DNA of 64,000 nucleotides from Centroscyllium fabricii (lineage: Eukaryota), in the NCBI GenBank assembly GCA_051313645.2, contig JBNRSN020000354.1, positions 310,001 to 374,000 of the forward strand. The letters run 5' to 3'. The notes under the pieces were generated by a model. It did not search any database, was not told where the DNA came from, and saw only the letters and a program-made list of their open reading frames with translations. Shown one piece after another: positions 60,901-64,000 of this stretch. Positions within the stretch are counted from its first letter, which is position 1; each line of letters starts with the position of its first letter. Both the position numbers and the translations under genes were made by a program.

Positions 60901-63900
60901 CATCAGGGGATGGTCAGAGAGGGATATCGTCAGGGGATGGTCAGAGAGGGATATCGTCAGTGGCCTGTCAGAGAGGGATATAGTCAGGGGATGGTCAGAG
61001 GAATAGTCAGGGGATGGTCAGAGAGGGATATCGTCAGGCGATGGTTAGAGAGGGATATAGTCAGGGGATGGTCAGAGAGGGATATCGTCAGGGGATGGTC
61101 AGAGAGGGATATCGTCAGGGGCCTGGTCAGAGAGGGATATAGTCAGGGGATGGTCAGAGAGGGATATCGTCAGGGGATGGTCAGAGAGGGATATCGTCAG
61201 GGGATGGTCAGAGAGGGATATCGTCAGGGGATGGTCAGAGAGGGATATCGTCAAGGGATGGTCAGAGAGGGATATCGTCAGGGGATGGTCAGAGAGGGAT
61301 ATGGTCCGGGGCCTAGTCAGAGAGGGATATCGCCAGGGGATGGTCAGAGAGCGATATAGTCTGGGACCTGGTCAGAGCGGGATATAGTCAGGGGATGGTC
61401 AGAGAGGGATATAGTCAGGGGATGGTCAGAGAGGGATATCGTCAGGGGCCTGGTCACAGAAGGATATAGTCAGGGGATGGTCAGAGAGGGATATCGTCAG
61501 GGGATGGTCAGAGAGGGATATAGTCAGGGGGTGGTCAGAGAGGGATATAGTCAGGGGATGGTCAGAGAGGGATATCGTCAGGGGATGGTCAGAGAGAGAT
61601 ATAGTCAGGGGCCTGGTCAGAGGGATATCGCCAGGGGATGGTCAGAGAGCGATATAGTCTGGGGCCTGGTCAGAGCGGGATATAGTCAGGGGATGGTCAG
61701 AGAGGGATATAGTCAGGGGACGGTCAGAGAGGGATATCGTCAGGGGATGGTCAGAGAGGGATATAGTCAGGGGGTGGTCAGAGAGGGATATAGTCAGGGG
61801 ATGGTCAGAGAGGGATATCGTCAGGGGATGGTCAGAGAGGGATATAGTCAGGGGATGGTCAGAGAGGGATATCGTCAGGGGATGGTCAGAGAGGGATATC
61901 GTCAGGGGCCTGGTCAGAGAGGGATATAGTCAGGGGATGGTCAGAGAGGGATATAGTCAGGGGCCTGATCAGAGAGGGATATCGTCAGGGGATGGTCAGA
62001 GAGGGATATAGTCAGGGGATGGTCAGAGAGGGATATCGTCAGGGGGTGGTCAGAGAGGGATATAGTCAGGGGATGGCCGGAGAGGGATATCGTCAGGGGA
62101 TGGTCAGAGAGCGATATAGTCAGGGGATGGTCAGAGAGGGATATCGTCAGGGGATGGTCAGAAAGGGATATAGTCAGGGGATGGTCAGAGAGGGATATCG
62201 TCAGGCGATGGTCAGAGAGCGATGTAGCCTGGGGCCTGGTCAGAGAGGGATATAGTCAGGGGATGGTCAGAGAGGGATATAGTCAGTCGATGGTCAGAGA
62301 GGGATATCGTCAGGTGCCTGGTCACAGGGGGATATAGTCAGAGGATGGTCAGAGAGGGATATCGTCAGGGGATGGTCAGAGAGGGATATAGTCAGGGGGT
62401 GGTCAGAGAGGGATATAGTCAGGAGATGGCCAGAGAGGGATATCGTCAGGGGATGGTCAGAGAGCGATATAGTCAGGGGATGGTCAGAGAGGGATATAGT
62501 CAGGGGCCTGGTCAGAGAGGGATATCGTCAGGGGATGGTCAGAGAGGGATATAGTCAGGGGCCTGATCAGAGAGCGATATAGTCAGGGGATGGTCAGGGA
62601 GCGATATCGTCAGGGGATGGTCAGAGAGGGATATAGTCAGGGGCCTGGTCAGAGAGGGATATAGTCAGGGGATGGTCAGAGAGGGATATCGTCAGGAGAT
62701 GGTCAGAGGGATATCGTCAGGGGATGGTCAGAGAGGGATATCGTCAGGGGATGGTCAGAGCAATAGTCAGCGGACTGGTCAGAGAGGGATATCGTCAGTG
62801 GCCTGGTCAGAGGAATAGTCAGTGGCCTGGTCAGAGAGGGATATCGTCAGCGGCCTGGTCAGAGAGGGATATAGTCAGGGGCCTGGTCAGGGGAATAGTC
62901 AGGTTATGGTCAGAGAGGGATATCGTCAGGGGGTGGTCAGAGAGGGACATCGTCAGGTGCCTGGTCAGAGTAATAGTCAGGATCTTGGTCAGAGAGGGAT
63001 ATAGTCAGCGGCCTGGTCAGAGAGGGATATAGTCAGGGGCCTGGTCAGAGAGGGATATAGTCAGGGGATCGTCAGAGAGGGATTTTGTCAGACGCCTGGT
63101 CAGAGAGGGATATCGTCAGGGGCCTGGTCAGAGAGGGATATCGTCAGGGGCCTGGTCAGAGAGGGATATCGTCAGGGGATGGTCAGAGAGGGATATCGTT
63201 AGGGGATGGTCAGAGAGGGATATAGTCAGGGGATGGTCAGAGAGGGATATAGTCAGGGGATGGTCAGAGAGGGATATCGTCGGGATGGTCAGAGAGGGAT
63301 ATCGTCAGGGGCCTGGTCAGAGAGGGATATCGTCAGGGGATGGTCAGAGAGGGATATCGTCAGGGGATGGTCAGAGAGGGATATCGTCAGGGGCCTGGTC
63401 AGAGAGGGATATAGTCAGGGGATGGTCAGAGAGGGATATAGTCAGGGGATGGTCAGAGAGGGATATCGTTAGGGGATGGTCAGAGGAATAGTCAGGCGAT
63501 GGTCAGAGAGGGATATCGTCAGGGGGTGGTCAGAGAGGGATATCGTCAGGGGGTGGTCAGAGAGGGATATCGTCAGGAGCCTGGTCAGAGAGGGATATCA
63601 TCAGGAGATGGTCAGAGAGGGATATAGTCAGGGGATGGTCAGAGAGGGATATAGTCAGGGGATGGTCAGAGAGGGATATAGTCAGGGGCCTGGTCAGAGA
63701 GGGATATAGTCATGGATTGGTCAGAGAGGGATATCGTCAGGGGATGGTCAGAGGAATAGTCAGGGGATGGTCATAGAGGGATATCGTCAGGGGATGGTCA
63801 GAGAGGGATATCGTCAGGGGCCTGGTCAGAGAGGGATATCGTCGGGATGGTCAGAGAGGGATATCGTCAGGGGATGGTCAGAGAGGGATATAGTCAGGGG

Positions 63901-64000
63901 ATGGTCAGAGAAATAGTCAGGGGATGGTCAGAGAGGGATATAGTCAGGGGATGGTCAGAGAGGGATATCGTCAGGGGCCTGGTCAGAGAGAGATTTCGTC
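51903..64000. repeat. 27-bp satellite array, right part (runs off the window)
   Basis: Same monomer and orientation as 30951-50870. Confidence 0.98.

Noticed and set aside
31083-63709. Many ORFs of MVREGYRQG / WSERDIVRG / GQRGISSGD repeats
   Set aside because: A 27-bp unit keeps frames open automatically. All frames are equally open and are broken at random by variants.
30951-64000. Satellite as a CRISPR array or ribozyme array (the minus strand has CTGACGA)
   Set aside because: There are no unique spacers or cas genes, and the minus strand lacks the GAAA core and stems needed for a hammerhead.

Overview
Vertebrate genomic DNA, most likely a cartilaginous fish (shark), judged from HE1-like V-SINEs, SacSINE/Deu-like SINEs and abundant CR1 LINEs. 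The only recognisable host gene part is the first coding exon of a SPAK/OSR1 (STK39/OXSR1-family) kinase at 13860-13932 (+). It is too short for the ORF track. No exon 2 was found, so the remaining ~50 kb is probably intron 1. The first 31 kb is a nest of transposons. These include an intact, very young Gypsy element with identical LTRs, a YLDN RT motif and no tRNA primer-binding site, plus an in-frame internally deleted relative and a decayed third Gypsy. There are also many CR1 pieces, a Tx1-like fragment, several MITE families and four short Penelope-type insertions carrying five minimal hammerhead ribozyme motifs. From ~30950 to the end lies a >32 kb array of a 27-bp satellite with kb-scale internal duplications and one young 5'-truncated LINE insertion. 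The main observations are: (i) two diverged Gypsy elements both replace the PBS with a sequence complementary to their own LTR poly(A)-signal segment; (ii) the hammerheads probably need to dimerise and sit in nested Penelope insertions that enclose a Gypsy; (iii) a large satellite array appears to lie inside a kinase intron. All family assignments are by eye, and no database searches were run.
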